Part shown: positions 49,066 through 62,542 of the stretch, in pieces
How the letters are laid out: every line of letters starts with the position of its first letter
How positions within the stretch are numbered: position 1 is the stretch's first letter
NCBI GenBank assembly: GCA_038087875.1
Contig: JAXLNO010000977.1
Coordinates: 1 to 64,000 of the forward strand
DNA: 64,000 nt
Direction: 5' to 3'
From: Malacoraja senta
Lineage: Eukaryota
The notes under the pieces: model-generated
Seen by the model: the letters and a program-made list of their open reading frames with translations, nothing else
Told to the model about the DNA's origin: nothing
Databases searched by the model: none
Program-made: the position numbers and the translations under genes

Positions 49066-50744
49066 TTTTTGAAGGCTGGCTGTGGTGGGTCAGAGAACCA
49101 ACAACCTATAAGCCTGATCAGAGCCTACGCTGTGGTTGAGGGTTGGAGATGTCTGGGTGGGGAGAAGAATTGAATTTGATGGTTGGTCGAGACCAGGGGG
49201 GATTTTCAGGCTTGGAGCCAATGATTCCAGCTGAGCATGGGCCTGTGATGAGGCTAGTGAAAATTTGAGGGCAGGTTGCAAATCGTGGTCTTTAGTGAGG
49301 GTTGAACCTTGGGCCTGATGGTGAAGATTTAAAGGATTGGATAATTGGGATTGGAGTGGTTGAAGGTCAGAGCTGGGGCCTTGGAGGAATTAAGGTGGAG
49401 TTTGGTGGAAGAGTGGGAGATGGTGCATTACGGAGATTCCAAAATGATCAGGAAGTTCCCAGAGTTATGTTGGGAATCCTATTGCATTGGGGGCTTAGCT
49501 CAAGCTCTTCTGTGGCGTTACATTGACGACTGTCATCCTCTGAAACCCTATCAGATGTGCAAGGTTGGAGGATAGCAGGAGTGCCCAGAGGGATATCCAG
49601 GTGATCCCAGACACAAGTCTTGCCGTGTTCTCTCCAGGGGAAAACAGCTTTCAGCTGCAGAGCACTGACAAACATAGCCATGTAATGGAAACCTAATGCC
49701 CAAACAAGTTGAAGCTCAATTAGTTGAAAATTTTAAAGCAGAGTGATAGTTTCTTGTTAGCATGGGTAAGGATGATTTACGGATGTTGGCGGGTGCAGCA
49801 AGTCGAGATATAAGGCAGCCGCATTGGAAGTAAATCCAGTATTTTTTGAGGAACCAAATGGTTGGCGAGAGATCTCTTGTTTCTCAGCATAAGGAAAATT
49901 TTGGGTGGGGGTGGGGGGAATCATATGCACTATAGTTCGGAAGAGAATAAATATTTTAATAAAACTTGATCTCAAATTAAGTCAAAATTAGGAAGCTGAG
50001 ACAGAATTGCATTGGATTGCTTACATTAACCTGGCTGTGATGGCTTCAAGATCAAGTGCAGCCAAAACTACAACATTGTAGCGGCAGGCAAATTATTTTT
50101 AGGAGTCTATCTCATTATGTTTTGAATTCTTTCGCTGAGTGTAATCGGATCTGCCAGCAAGATAATCAGTATGATGCTGAGATCGATTGAATAGAAGACT
50201 TTCCAACCAGACAGCTCTATTGTAGTTGTTCTAAGGTGAGGGCCTGGAATTGCAACTTTTTCCACGAGAAAATCTATTTAAGTTTTTTTTTAACTAAGAG
50301 GAGTACGTCTGCTTTGCTGATACGTACATTTCCTTATCCAGCCTGGGTCACTGCATTCTCGACCTGGAAAGCCACTAACTGCATTCTCAGACATGTTGCA
50401 AGTGCTCCTAACATTCCAGTAGTTCATGTTCTCAGAGCAGAGTGTGCATGGGCAAAGCTGTGATGACTACAAGCCATCCCAGACACCACAAAGCTCCTAG
50501 ACAGGCTAAATTTGGTGATGATTTCAGGAATTCTGAGAAGCTTGCTTTTGATGTGGTGCAGAAACATAAGTGGCTTTGCGACTAAGTGAGACCACGAGCA
50601 TAACCGGGAGTTCAAGCACAGCAGTAGTAAAGAGGAAACATTTACTGTGCGCTGTTTCATATATAAATAACTCCATAAATTCTTCAGTGAAGATATGCAC
50701 CCAGACGTTGCAGTGCATCACACTGTTGTTTAGTGGCATTCCTT

Positions 50745-50916
50745 TGCAGGTACTATCGCAACGTTTAAAAAATATTTAGACAGGTACATGGGTAGGACAG
50801 TTTAAGAGGGATATGGGCCAAATGCAGGCAGGTAGGGCTAGAGTAGATGGGACATGTTGGTCGGTGTGGGCAAGTTAGGCCGAAGGGCCTGTTTCCACGC
50901 TGTATGACTATGACTC
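50745..50916 (+). mobile_element. CR1 LINE 3' tail
   Basis: gcaggtactatcgcaacgtttaaaaaatatttagacaggtacatg...gccgaagggcctgtttccacgctgtatgactatgact. Confidence 0.85.
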
Positions 50917-51403
50917 AAAAATGTTGGAAGTTACAGAACAGCCATTACCTTTTATTTTATTTTTAAAAAGACAGTGCTGGAGTAGCTTATCGGGTCTGAC
51001 TTAGCTTCTAGCCACTGCCTTTACCACAGTGAGTCTAAGCTCGGCACAGTAAACAATTGCACTTGTTTCTCGGCGCAATGTGGTTAATTTTCCCACTGTG
51101 TTGCAGTGGGAGTGTCAGCATTTGGCTTTATCCAGTGGGGAAGTGGTATTGGGTGAGCAAGCATGTTTTGCCGTTGGAGGCTGCGCTGTGGCATTTCCAG
51201 TGGGAGGGGTGGTGGATGCGCGGGGCTTCACACACATCAGGGTACACACAGAATAGTTTCAGATGTCCTTGTGTTAACACCTGGATTTGAAGTGGGAGAC
51301 CTGCCCCAAGTGCTTTTGTGCGAGTAAGAACATAATGCGAGGTTCAGCTGAAACGGGACACTAGGGTGGAAAACTTATCTGTGCTGAACAGCCACTTAAC
51401 CTG

Positions 51404-51599
51404 CAGACACAAGAAACTGCAGCTGCTGGAGTCTTGAGGGGGGAAAATGTACTGGAGGAACACAGCAGGTCAGGCTGCATCCGTAGAGGAAACGGGCAGA
51501 CGATTTTCCAGATTGAAAAAAGGATCCCGACCCGAATCATCGTCCATCCATTCCCTCCACAGTTACTACCTGACCCATTGAGTTTCAGCACATTGTTTT
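51404..51599. mobile_element. Fold-back Penelope-terminus unit with 14-bp TSD
   Basis: TSD agccacttaacctg (51390-51403, 51600-51613) encloses two opposed copies of the terminus. Confidence 0.8.
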
Positions 51600-52959
51600 A
51601 GCCACTTAACCTGATGAACTAAATGCACTTTGATGCCAGAAATTCTAAGTAATTTTAAGCCTGCCATGCAGTACCTTTCATGTTCCAAAGTGCAGATGTA
51701 TTTTTAAATATGGGTTTGCGATGAGTTTGTTATATTTCATTTGATAGCAACTCAATCTGGATTTGGATGCTTTCTTGAAGACGGTTGTGGATTTGAAACG
51801 AATAAAGCCAAGGCCATAAAAAACTAAGATTTGACACCTGCCTGTTTCAGACATCCTGACACTTTTACATGAGAACCACTTCATATTGACATGAAAGTGG
51901 CAGCAGCATCTCAGCAGGCTTACAGCTCCAGAGTCTCTGTTTGCAAAGCAGTTAAGTTAACAATCATGGGATGGGGCTGATGCATGATAGAGGGTGGATT
52001 TGGGGTGCGTTATTTTCTAATTAAATATCCCAGAAACTAATTATCAGATTACTGAACCATGCTGTTGACAGTTGCACGTATTTGATGTAATTATTTTCCT
52101 GTTGACTGAAGCAGCCAAGCATCACTTAGCAGTTAAGTACGCTTCAACCTTTGTGAACATTTGCAGTGTAATCATTTCAGAAGATGTAATTTTATTTAAG
52201 TTCTCATCAGAAGCTTTTGGGATATAGCCTCGCCATCTCCTTTTCATCTCAGCATCAAGTTCTCCCTGTCCTTGCATTCCATTGTTTGGTGCTTCTGGAT
52301 TTTCTTTTTACGCACAACACACGGCAGTCATTTTTGCATGCTTACGTTATTTTATTTTCATAAGCCGTTCTAGCAAGAGATCAGTGGCTTCTGCATCATT
52401 GCAGTATTACAGCCAGTAATGCTATGGGGTAAATGAGCAGATGGTCAGTATGGACAAGTTGGGCAGAATGGTCTGTTTTCGTGCTGTATAGCTCTGTGAC
52501 TATGTCAGGCTGAGGGATAAATGTACACCAGGACACTGAGAGAATGTCATTGTGAAGGTTGTGCATTTTACCAAAAGATGAACTGCCTGAAGTAAGTGTC
52601 CAGGGCTTCTCATGCCTTTGTCTCTAAAACAGAAGCTTCCATGTGTTGAGGTTAATCTGCTCGGGTGGCATGTATTCCTGGGTGGAAAGCAAAGAAGTGG
52701 AGCAGAGGAAAATTCTATTTTATCATATACCACTGAGCATGGCGAGTGCCTCCATTGGGAGCCAGCGTGGATTTGGACACACTGACAACCGGAAGGGGAA
52801 CAGTAGTCTCCTCGCAGAAGACAGGAAGTCCCTGATTTTTCTTCTCCAAACATTTGTCGTGCAGTTTATTTGGTGAATCATTCCAAAAAGGTGCAATTGA
52901 ATTTCTAAGCTATTGCTTTCAAATTCATTTTTCATTAAGAGAGAAAAAAATGCTACTTT

Positions 52960-53165
52960 ATAGTCATGCAGCACAGAAACATGCCCTTTGGCCCAACTGA
53001 TCCATGGTGCCTCATCCAAGCTAGTTCCATTTATCCACATTTGGCCCAATATCCCTCTCAACTTTTCTGATCCATGCAACAATCTTTTACATGTCGTCAT
53101 TATACCTGCCTCAACAGTTCCATGTACTCACCACCCACTGTGTGAAAATGTTGCCCCTCAAGTCA
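52960..53165 (-). mobile_element. CR1 LINE 3' tail
   Basis: atagtcatgcagcacagaaacatgccctttggccc...caccacccactgtgtgaaaatgttgcccctca. Confidence 0.75.
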
Positions 53166-53431
53166 TATTTATTCTTATCTGCGATGACTTTTTCAAAGTG
53201 GAAGGAGCACCTTGCCTTGGAGAGTTAGCCGTCCTGCAGTCAACTGGTTAGCCATGGACTGGACATGGAGAATGACTAAGCTACCAGAAACCCACTGATA
53301 TCTGAGAGAATGATTCAGCTCCTCCAGAAAGGATAGAAACAGCAAAGGCAGTCCATTAGATAAGATTGCTGTACATAGTTGAAATGCAGGCACATGGTAG
53401 CATTGTTTAAACTTTGCAGGGAAACGGCTGC

Positions 53432-54017
53432 AATCGCAGAGTAAATGGCACAGTCTTTGCAAAGGTTATTTTGCCGATGTTTCAGTTTCATACTGAATTT
53501 TACAAAGCCTACTTGAGTTGTACATGACAAATCCCAGTCCATGGCCCATTTTGGTCTGAATACATGAAGCTTATTCTCTTGTGTATGGTGCTCGTTCCAA
53601 TTTAGGGAAGGCAATTGTGTTCTAATATAACAAAGTTGACCCAGAGGAACAGAGTGGGTGACAGACAATGCTCCCAGAGGTTTTAAGGTGGAAACAGCAG
53701 CCTCAATAACATGAGATTGATCTTGTGCCAGCCCTGTCATCTTGGTGCAGGAAGGAAGAGCCAAGCAGTGCTATCAGCACTTTAATGCTGTAATCCTTGC
53801 CGTGTTGGCAAACAGCCAGGGGTTGAGACTAGGCGAAACCAGGCCTGCGAATTCTATAGAGAAAGCTCTTTTTCCCCTCTGCAGTTTTACTTGGCAGCCC
53901 TTGTGTGGGAACACTACAAAGCGGAGGCTGATAAAGAGGTGGGACCTGGCACAGCTCTCCGAATCTGAACTGTCTCCAAGCTGCAGCTGCAAAGACTGTG
54001 CCATTTACTCTGCGATT
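53432..54017. repeat. Perfect 30-bp inverted repeat pair (53432-53461 / 53988-54017)
   Basis: aatcgcagagtaaatggcacagtctttgca and its exact reverse complement. Confidence 0.95.
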
Positions 54018-54252
54018 AAAGTACACAGCTCACAAAGCCAATGTTTCAGCGGGGCCTGGAACAAGCACAAAACGTTGATATGTACTTTCAGAGGTTAAAA
54101 TGCTTGGAAATCACAGGTTTGGCAAAGTAAGGACTGACAACTGTTTACTTATTTGAAAAATAATAGCGCTTTGCCAAAATGCATGGAGATATAGCAACCT
54201 TGGATGTAGCACTTCCACTAATATCTTCCCAGTAACATATTGGAAGTATTTT

Positions 54253-54276
54253 AACCTAATCTGATCAGATTAGGTT
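54253..54276. repeat. Perfect 24-bp palindrome
   Basis: aacctaatctga|tcagattaggtt. Confidence 0.95.
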
Positions 54277-54399
54277 GAAAGCTGATTATATGCATGCATG
54301 GATGGGTGGGGTGGGGTGGGAAGTAGTGGGATCACGTTGAAGGTGCTGGAAATGACCCATTTCACCCCTCTCCCCTACTGTGCCCCTGCTCCTATATTC

Positions 54400-54685
54400 C
54401 TTCCAATGGCTTCATTTTGTGCCTCCTCGATCCTTATCTCCTTATCTCACATCATTTGTCTTTTCATCTCTGGCCTTTGTCGAACCATCTGCCAGTCAAA
54501 AAAGAAACCCTCATCTGGATCCACCAATCACTGGTCAGACTTGTCCCTCCCTCGTCTCTTGTCCAGGTTTCTCGCCCTTACTACAATCAATTTGAAGAAG
54601 GGTCCCAACCCGAAACATCGCCTGTCCATGTGCTCCAGAGATGCTTCCTAACCCACTGAGTTACTCCAGCACTTTGTCCTTGTTC
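54400..54685 (+). mobile_element. Penelope-terminus copy with longer 3' UTR
   Basis: aatcaatttgaagaagggtcccaacccgaaacatc...ctgagttactccagcactttgtc. Confidence 0.75.
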
Positions 54686-55399
54686 CTCAGGAGCATCATG
54701 GTTGAAATCACCTCATTCATTCACTGCTCCGCCCATTGTCCTGTGTGTCCAAGATGGCTGCAGCCATACACCATCACAGACCCACTGATAATGTTAGAAA
54801 TATCAACAACAATGATTCTCAGCTCTCGTATTCAGTTCATTTTGAGTCAAGACTATAACAAAGTCTGGCACGAAGCTGCACTGTTCAAATCTGTCTTGAG
54901 CACTGGTGGGCTTACCATTGTTGAGGGGATGTCTGTACAATTGATACCACTGATAACTCTTCCGGTGCCGTTGCTGAGGATCGGGAAAGAAAAAATGGAA
55001 AGCAATCATTTGAGATTTGCTCATTCTTTATCAGTGGAATGCGAATGAAGCATGCGGTGTTTTGTCTCCTGAGGAATTTGCTTAGTTAGAAACTTGGCTT
55101 ATTTTACCAGAAATAAAGAAACCATTAGTTAACTCTCTAATCAGCAAGTTTTTAAAAAATGAGATTTTTGTACTGTTTTAGTTTAATTGTGATGTGCAGT
55201 CCAGATGTGTGGTAAGTGCAGTGAGAACAGGTATGAATGTATAATATTTCTTTTGCTCTTGTACATTGTAAAACGTTTGAAATATGAGCTGGAGTGGAGC
55301 GCAGCCATGTCCAGACTTGCCTCCATCTTCATCTACTGAGATGCAGACAATCTGGGCTGAGTTTCCTATATACCAGATGCAGTGTACTTCTGCAGACAA

Positions 55400-55750
55400 C
55401 ATTATGAAGGGTGTAGAAGATAAATAGTCAAAGTCCTTCTCCTAGGGTAGGCGAGTCTAAACCTAGAGAGTAAAAAATTAAGACGAGAAGGAACAAATGT
55501 AAAGGAGATTTGAGGTGCACGTTTTTCCACACATGAGGGTGTTGGCTATATGAAACAAGCTACCAGAGGAAATGGTAGAGGTGGGTAGAATTACAGCATT
55601 TGAAGGACATTTGGATAAATGCCTGGATAGGAAAGGAATAGAGAGGTATAGCCCTAATAAAGGCAAATGAGATTTGTGAAGAAAGGCATCCTGTTTGTCA
55701 TGGATGAGTTGGGCTGAATGGAATTTGTGTATGCTGTATATCTCTATGAC
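55400..55750 (+). mobile_element. CR1 LINE 3' end
   Basis: agtctaaacctagag..ggagatttgagg..tttttccacacatgagggtg..gctgtatatctctatgac. Confidence 0.75.
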
Positions 55751-57270
55751 AGTGACTATAATCGTTCTCAGCAGATCTTCCAATCCTTTATCCTTGGAGC
55801 AATGTCCCTGGTTTACCCCCACCCCACTGTGCCCCTCCAGTATCCCCTCTGATTTAGTGAGCATCCCTCTCAGATTTTTGCACATTTTATGCAATAAAAG
55901 TTTGGCTTCACTTTTTTCATAGTCTTAGATTCCTGATATTATTGAACTTGTGTCTCTCCGATGTAACGAATAGTTTTTTTTCCATTGTAGCTCCAGGTTT
56001 GCAATGGGTGAAGAAATAATGGGAGAGTAGGCAAAGAAATGCATTGTGCATCTTTTCCACAAATAACTTCCCAAATCAAATCCAATTCCGACAGTGCCAC
56101 TTCCTCCTCTGGGGACAGTAATTGGTTGGCTCTGTTCCATCTGCACAGACATGCTTGCACGAAACCCCCTTTGCATGCTCAATCAAATGAAGTATCAACG
56201 CCTTAGACAAATCACACAAAATAGCACAGGTCGGGCCTCTTATTACAGATTCAGTTTTTTTTTTAAACAACGTAATGTTTTTCCGGGTGTGAGAATTACT
56301 GTGCATTTTAACAGCTGTTTATTGGTCATTTACTTTATCTTTAAGCATTCCACATTTTGTAACAAAATATATTAAACGCAGAATGATATATGCAGATCTA
56401 CATGCTTTTAATACTGTTTTCTCTGAATATAAACAATCATGTTTCCGGGTCAAAGAGGCCCCCACGATACATTTTCTTTCTTTGCTGCCAAAAGATTAGC
56501 TGTAATAAATACTTTGACTTGGCATGATAGAGGAAGTAGGGTCTCATTTTTCCTGTGTGTAGATTTTATAACACTAACCAGGTGCCTGCAGTCTGGGTTC
56601 AGAAACAGAACGGTATTGATTATGTCTGGCTGGATTATTGTGGAGCCCTTCTGTCTTGCTGAACATGAGCAAAGTGGTCTCATGCACAGCAATCTGGACA
56701 GTTGTTCCAGTTTGAAGGCAGGCTCTATAGGGAGACGGAGCAAGCATGGAGCTGACAGCCCTTGCATGTTTCCTTGTGTTCTGAAGTATTTCCCAGTTTT
56801 ATAAATTCAAATTTAAAAAAAGCAAATACTAGAATTCTAAAAATGAGGAAGTATGAAGAAACAGCCAAACATTTGCCTTTGTTTCTGCTTAAAATTATGA
56901 AGTGTCTTGAGTCACAGGCTGACAACTGTCCCCCACATGGTCTCTCTCTTCATATAGTGTTCCGCAGTGGGTTCTGTCGCTATCTATATCAGTTTTTGAA
57001 CAACGTCCACAAGATCACATTTTGCCCCAGCAGGAAGTCCTGGCCTGGCCTCCAGACCCTGCATGCTTCACATGATCAGCTCCAGCTCTAGGTTTGGAGC
57101 CTGCTGGCAATTCCCATGTGTTCCTGGAGGCCTTGGGGGGGGGGGGGAGGCAGGAATGCTGCTGCAGATTCCTTAAAGTCAGCCTGGCTCAGCGTCTCTG
57201 TGATTTCTACAGCAGTTGCTTGCTAAACGCCTGGTCTCAAAGGGGAATGAACTGCACCAGTATTATTGGA

Positions 57271-57364
57271 GATGGACACAAATTGCTGGAGTAATTCAAC
57301 GGGTCAGGCAGCATCTCTGGAGAACATGGATAGGTGACGTTTCGGGTCGGAACCCTTCTTCGTT
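57271..57364 (-). mobile_element. Short Penelope-terminus unit with 10-bp TSD
   Basis: TSD tattattgga (57261-57270, 57365-57374); minus strand gaagaagggttccgacccgaaacgtcacct... Confidence 0.85.
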
Positions 57365-58512
57365 TATTATTGGATGCTTGGTGGGCATGCTCCCAATAAT
57401 GGTATAAAATCTGCAACAAGGGAGTCTCCATCTTATTGAATCATTTGGAAGGGTGGTATTGTGGCACTGAAGCAAGTCACCATCATGAAAATTAACTCTT
57501 GAAACATTTGTTCCTATAATGGTGGTGTTCCTTTAAAATAATCATTACATCACATAATCTAGAGCATTATTGGTGAATGATTAGAGTTACCCTGCAACAG
57601 CATTGAAACATGAGTAAATGTTAATTCATCCCAGTAGTTTATTGGACTGTTACATCTACCCACAAAACACCTCATATGAAGCTTCTAAATTAATCAGCTG
57701 CCCGGAGAATCTATTCAGCCCATCTTGACTTAAGATAGGTTTTAAGGCCTTTTTTACATTTTGTTTGATAGAATTATTTCCAGTAATAAATGTTAAAACT
57801 TAAGAACATGGAAGCTCACCTGCCATCCTTCCTAATCAGTCCTGCCAGCTGGCTCCCTGGACACACAAAGGCAAGCAAGTGTGAACAATGCAGGTCAGGG
57901 AACAGCTACAGATGCAGGCTTCGTCTTGTTAAACTTTAGGCTCGTCTGATCCCATTATAAAGGGTAACATCAAAACAGGAGAGTGCACAGACAGTCGCCA
58001 AAATCCCCAAAGGGCCTAGAAAGCTGCAAGACCTGAGCTTTTTTTCAAGAACATTTATTACTTATGAAACCTTCCAAGCTCAGAGACTGCGGATGAAGCC
58101 AGACAGCCAATTACTGTATTAGTGTTTCAAAGCCTCTTTAGCTGTCTGTAGAAATCACCATCACACTCCCCTCGTAGCACATGTTGCTGCAAAGCTTCGG
58201 GCCATCCTGTTAGTAGAAGCATGCCTCTGCGATCATTCCCAGACTCACATGCTGAGCGCCCTTGAATCTTTTTATTTCTGAAGCACGAGCCACAGGCCTA
58301 GAAATTGAATTCTTTCTTTAGCTTTATGCAATTGAAAATTGTGCTTTTGTTTTCTGGAGTGAAATGCAATAATGGCCATTTTTGTTTGATTTCAACCGAG
58401 TTGCCCTTGTACCAAAACATGGGCCAGGGGCATGGAATGGTATAGTTGCCGATGTGATCCATTACAGGAGATGAGACCATGTTGTCTTTGGAGCACCCAT
58501 TGTTATGCAGTC

Positions 58513-58726
58513 TTCAGTTTAGTTAAATTTAGTTTGGAGATACAGTGTGGAAACAGGCCCTTCGGCCCACTAAATCCGCACTGATTAGCAATCACACTGT
58601 ACACTAGCATTATCCTGCATACGAGGGACAATTTATAATCTACAAACATGTACGTCTTTGGAGTGTGGGAGAAAACTTGAGCACCAATGGAAAACCTGCG
58701 CACGCACAAGGAGAACATACAAACTC
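58513..58726 (-). mobile_element. HE1-type SINE 3' part
   Basis: Tail and V-domain collinear with the other copies. Confidence 0.85.
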
Positions 58727-60153
58727 TGGAAGGCTGGCTACAATTGTAGCTTAACTACCCCCCCACCCCCAACATGAGTTAAATTAGTATTATTAAGGGT
58801 TGGATTTAGCCCTTCGGTGTGGACAAGCCAACCAAAACATCATAATTCTGCCACCTCCCCTCTCAGTTCTAGCCGTGAGAAGTGGGTGCAGGGGAGATGT
58901 GGCAGACACTGAATCCTGCCATTGCCTCAGCCCTGCTTTCCAGCCAAGTCATTGGTTTAGCAGCATTCCTGTTTCAATTTTAGCTTCATGTCACTACTTG
59001 CATTGCTAATTATATTTTCCAAACCTGTATTGTATCTCTTCACTGGAATCTTATCAATTAAAGTGACATCACATTGCTATTCAGTGCAGAAGACGTGAAA
59101 AGCTAGCAATTGAGTAAAAACGAAAGCCACTGCTGGATTTTCTAACGCTCATTCCATCTCGTGTTTTAATCAACAGGAAGTGAAAAAAAAACGCAGAGCA
59201 TCATTTAATCCCCAAAGTGCCTTGCCCTCCCTGGTGCCCCAGCTAAAAGCCTTCAGGAAAATAACACCGCAGAACTGAAAGTCAGACTTGCAGTAAAAAT
59301 CTTATGTGGAAGTATTGTTGTTAATTGATCACCGAAATCAGCAATTCCCAAATATGTAGGCAGGCAGATAAAAACACGACAATGTTTTCATTGTACCTTG
59401 TTGGCCAATCTTGCTGCTAAGATCTTTATATATAATCCTTTTGTCAGGATCATGCAACAGTTGAGGCTTGAATACTGTATTTAATGTTAGGATTGTGATC
59501 AACCACATCTGGCGGTCCACCAGCGCTGTTGTAAACTTTTGTTGGGTATGCACATGTATCTGGCCCTTTCACCAGTGCAGATTAGCTAAAAGAAGAGAGG
59601 CTATCTTTAAATAATGCTACATCCCTGCTGAGTTATATATTCATCTGAAATTGGGGTTACTGCTGGTTGCACGATGCAGTTTCTAGGCAGCACAAAGAAT
59701 GCATTGAGCGCACCAATCCCCAGTGCACTCCACAGCGATCCTCAATGCCAACTCTATCCTTCACATCTTTCTGTTGGCATGTTGTTGTGAGAATCCATCC
59801 AGAGTAGCATGTGGGTTCTTTCTTGCTGTTGCAATGGAACAATTACACCCACTCGGTAATAACAGTATAACGGCAAGTCAACCTATGTTAGGAGCTTTGC
59901 TGATTCAGCTCCTGATCAAACCACGTAGACCAGCTGACCTGGTGATTCACCAGCTAGTCTGACTTACTCATGAAAACCTGAAGTATGACCTATCATTGAT
60001 AGCTAGACGTCTCGTTAGTCGGCTACAGATATTCCGGAAAACCAATGTCTGAATACATACAGTGGTCTTGCTTGGTGAGCTGGAAGCTCAACATCTTTGT
60101 ATCTTTATGTTGTGAGGCAACATAGTTTTAACTCTGTAAATGCAGTACTATTT

Positions 60154-60460
60154 GGGTACACAGCAGTAAAACTACTGCCCCAAAGAGCCAGAGACCTGGG
60201 TTCAATCCTGACCTCAGCTACTGTCTGTGTGGAGTTTGCCCGATCCATGTGTGACTGCATGGGTTTCCTCTGTATGCTCAGGTTTTGCTCCCACATCCCA
60301 AAGACGTGTGGGTTTTTAAGTTAATTGGCTTCTGTAAATTGCCCCCAGTGTGTAGGATACGAAATTGGGATGACATGGAACTACTGTATGGGTGATCGCT
60401 TGTTGGCACGGTCTCAGTGGGCAGAAGGGCCTGTTTCCAAGCTGTATATCTACAAACTAA
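60154..60460 (+). mobile_element. HE1-type SINE
   Basis: ggttcaatcc B box, V-domain, gaagggcctgtttcc tail. Confidence 0.85.
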
Positions 60461-60769
60461 GAGGCTTAACATTACCATTTGGTAAATTTCCCACCCCACG
60501 ATGGATCAACGGGAGAGCTTGACTCAGTTTGATGAATGATGATTTCTTTTTAAGTTTCTGAAAGATTTAAATATACTGCTAGCCCAATAATAAAAACCAG
60601 ACGTTAATGCCACAGTTACATAGAGTGTAATGGTTGTACATGAGCACAACGTCATGGACTACGTGCTACAGCTGAATAAGATTGTGGACTGACTGGCGGG
60701 TGGTTCCATCCACCACCTGCCAGCCCCCACCTCAGCCCACCCTATCACCCCCCACCTCTCCACTCTCAG

Positions 60770-60882
60770 CCCTATTGCAGGCTCTTGACCCAAAACATCA
60801 ACAAGCCTTCTGACCTACTGAGTTCCTCAGCACTCTGTTTTTTGCTCCAGATTCCAGCTTCTGCAGTCTCTTCTGCCTCCAT
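60770..60882 (+). mobile_element. Older Penelope-terminus copy
   Basis: ctcttgacccaaaacatc..ctgagttcctcagcac..ccagcttctgcagtctcttctgcctcc. Confidence 0.6.
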
Positions 60883-61805
60883 GTTTGTGGACTTGGTACT
60901 TTAAATTCACTCTTTGTTGAAAGATAGAATTGAGAGCTGTCAAAAGAAACCGAATACAACCAAATTGTTGTGAAAATCAGCAGGAAGGTGAAATTAGGTG
61001 TTCACTAATTGGAACAGTTTGTACCAAAAATGTGGCTCAATGTCAAATGCATGAAGCATTTACTTTTGTGTGGTTGCACCCATTGCCTCAGACGTTATGA
61101 CCTTCTGTCGACTTGGTTCGACTTCCTTCCTACTGTCGTCTCTGCTTGTTTTTTGTATGACTCACGCTCAGAGACCAGTTTGTCTGAACTGCTAGTCCTT
61201 GAAGTCTAAGAGTGGTAACAAACACAACCCACTTCTTGTGGCTTCTTTCACTTTGCATAAAAGCCTTTATCAGAACTTGTAGCCATTAGTTACACTGCAG
61301 AGAGATGCAGAGGAAGTGCCACCCTTCCACAGTCTAACCACCCGCGCAAGAGTGGAAATGTGAGGTGGGGGCCTGTGGGTGCCAATGGTCTTGCTGATAT
61401 GGAGTTTATATAAACACTTTATGCAAGTGCAAAAAGTAAAAATATTTAGAATATTACTGATTCTAGGTCATGATAATGAATGTATTTTAACAAGCTGTGG
61501 CTTGATTGAAAATACATTTTAAGGAATGGAAACTGTAAAATTGATTCAATCTTGTTTATCAACAAATTCTGAGGATAAAAAAATTGTAGACCTCAGCAAA
61601 AGAGCTGTTTAAAGTAGTTTTTCCACATAAATATCAAAAGTAAAGATGTTTAATTGTCGTATGGCAATGGAACTGGGTGAACAATGAAATTCTTACTTGC
61701 TGTAGCCTTGCAGGCCCATTAATGCAATAACACCACAATATGCACAATAAATGATCAATCTAGCAGGTAAACCACTATCATGCGGCTAGTGAGGTACGGT
61801 TATTT

Positions 61806-62040
61806 AGAACATAGAACAATACAGCACAGGAACAGGCCCTTCTGAGCCAAACGTGATGCCAAGTTAACTAATCACCTCTGCCTGAATATGATCCATATTC
61901 CTCCATTCCCTGCCTATCTATTTGTCTATCTGAAAGCCTCTTAAATAACACTCTCATATCTGCCTCCACCACTACCCCTGGCAGTATGTTCCAGGCACCC
62001 ACCACCCTCTGCAAAACAAAATCACCTGCACATCTCCTTT
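61806..62040 (-). mobile_element. CR1 LINE 3' tail
   Basis: agaacatagaacaatacagcacaggaacaggccctt...ttccaggcacccaccaccctctg. Confidence 0.8.
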
Positions 62041-62542
62041 TCTTAATATGTGGACAAACATTACTAAATATTCAGTAGTATTCAGTTTTTCTATTTTTGT
62101 TTATAATTTTCACACATAGGTAGTAATTGTTTGAGGTATAAAATTGCCTGTCATCTTGGTGTTAAATAGTTCATGATTCTACTTTCATTGTTCATACACT
62201 GATATTTCAATGGTATAAAAAGCTTCACTTTTTTGCACCCTTTCCCCTGTGGCAAAGTCTTTCTGATGGGTATTGTGTGTTGGACTAGTGGGAAACTCTT
62301 TAAAATGATGTAAAGTCGTTTTCTTACTTGATTCTGACATCCTTTGACTCAGACGTTTCGAGGTAATCTAATCATGTCCTTTAAAATAATTCAGGGATCT
62401 GAGGAGGTAGAATTAAAGAAACAATTTGCTGCGGTGATAGTGATGGTGCCATTCGGAACAACAGCTGTGCTCTCGCAAGCCCAGTTCTGAAGCATGAAAT
62501 GAGGGAGCAACTTGAGGGAGCAAAAAGATAATGGGAATGCAT

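Noticed and set aside
12641-60460. tRNA-like A/B boxes
   Set aside because: All are heads of HE1-type SINEs, not tRNA genes.
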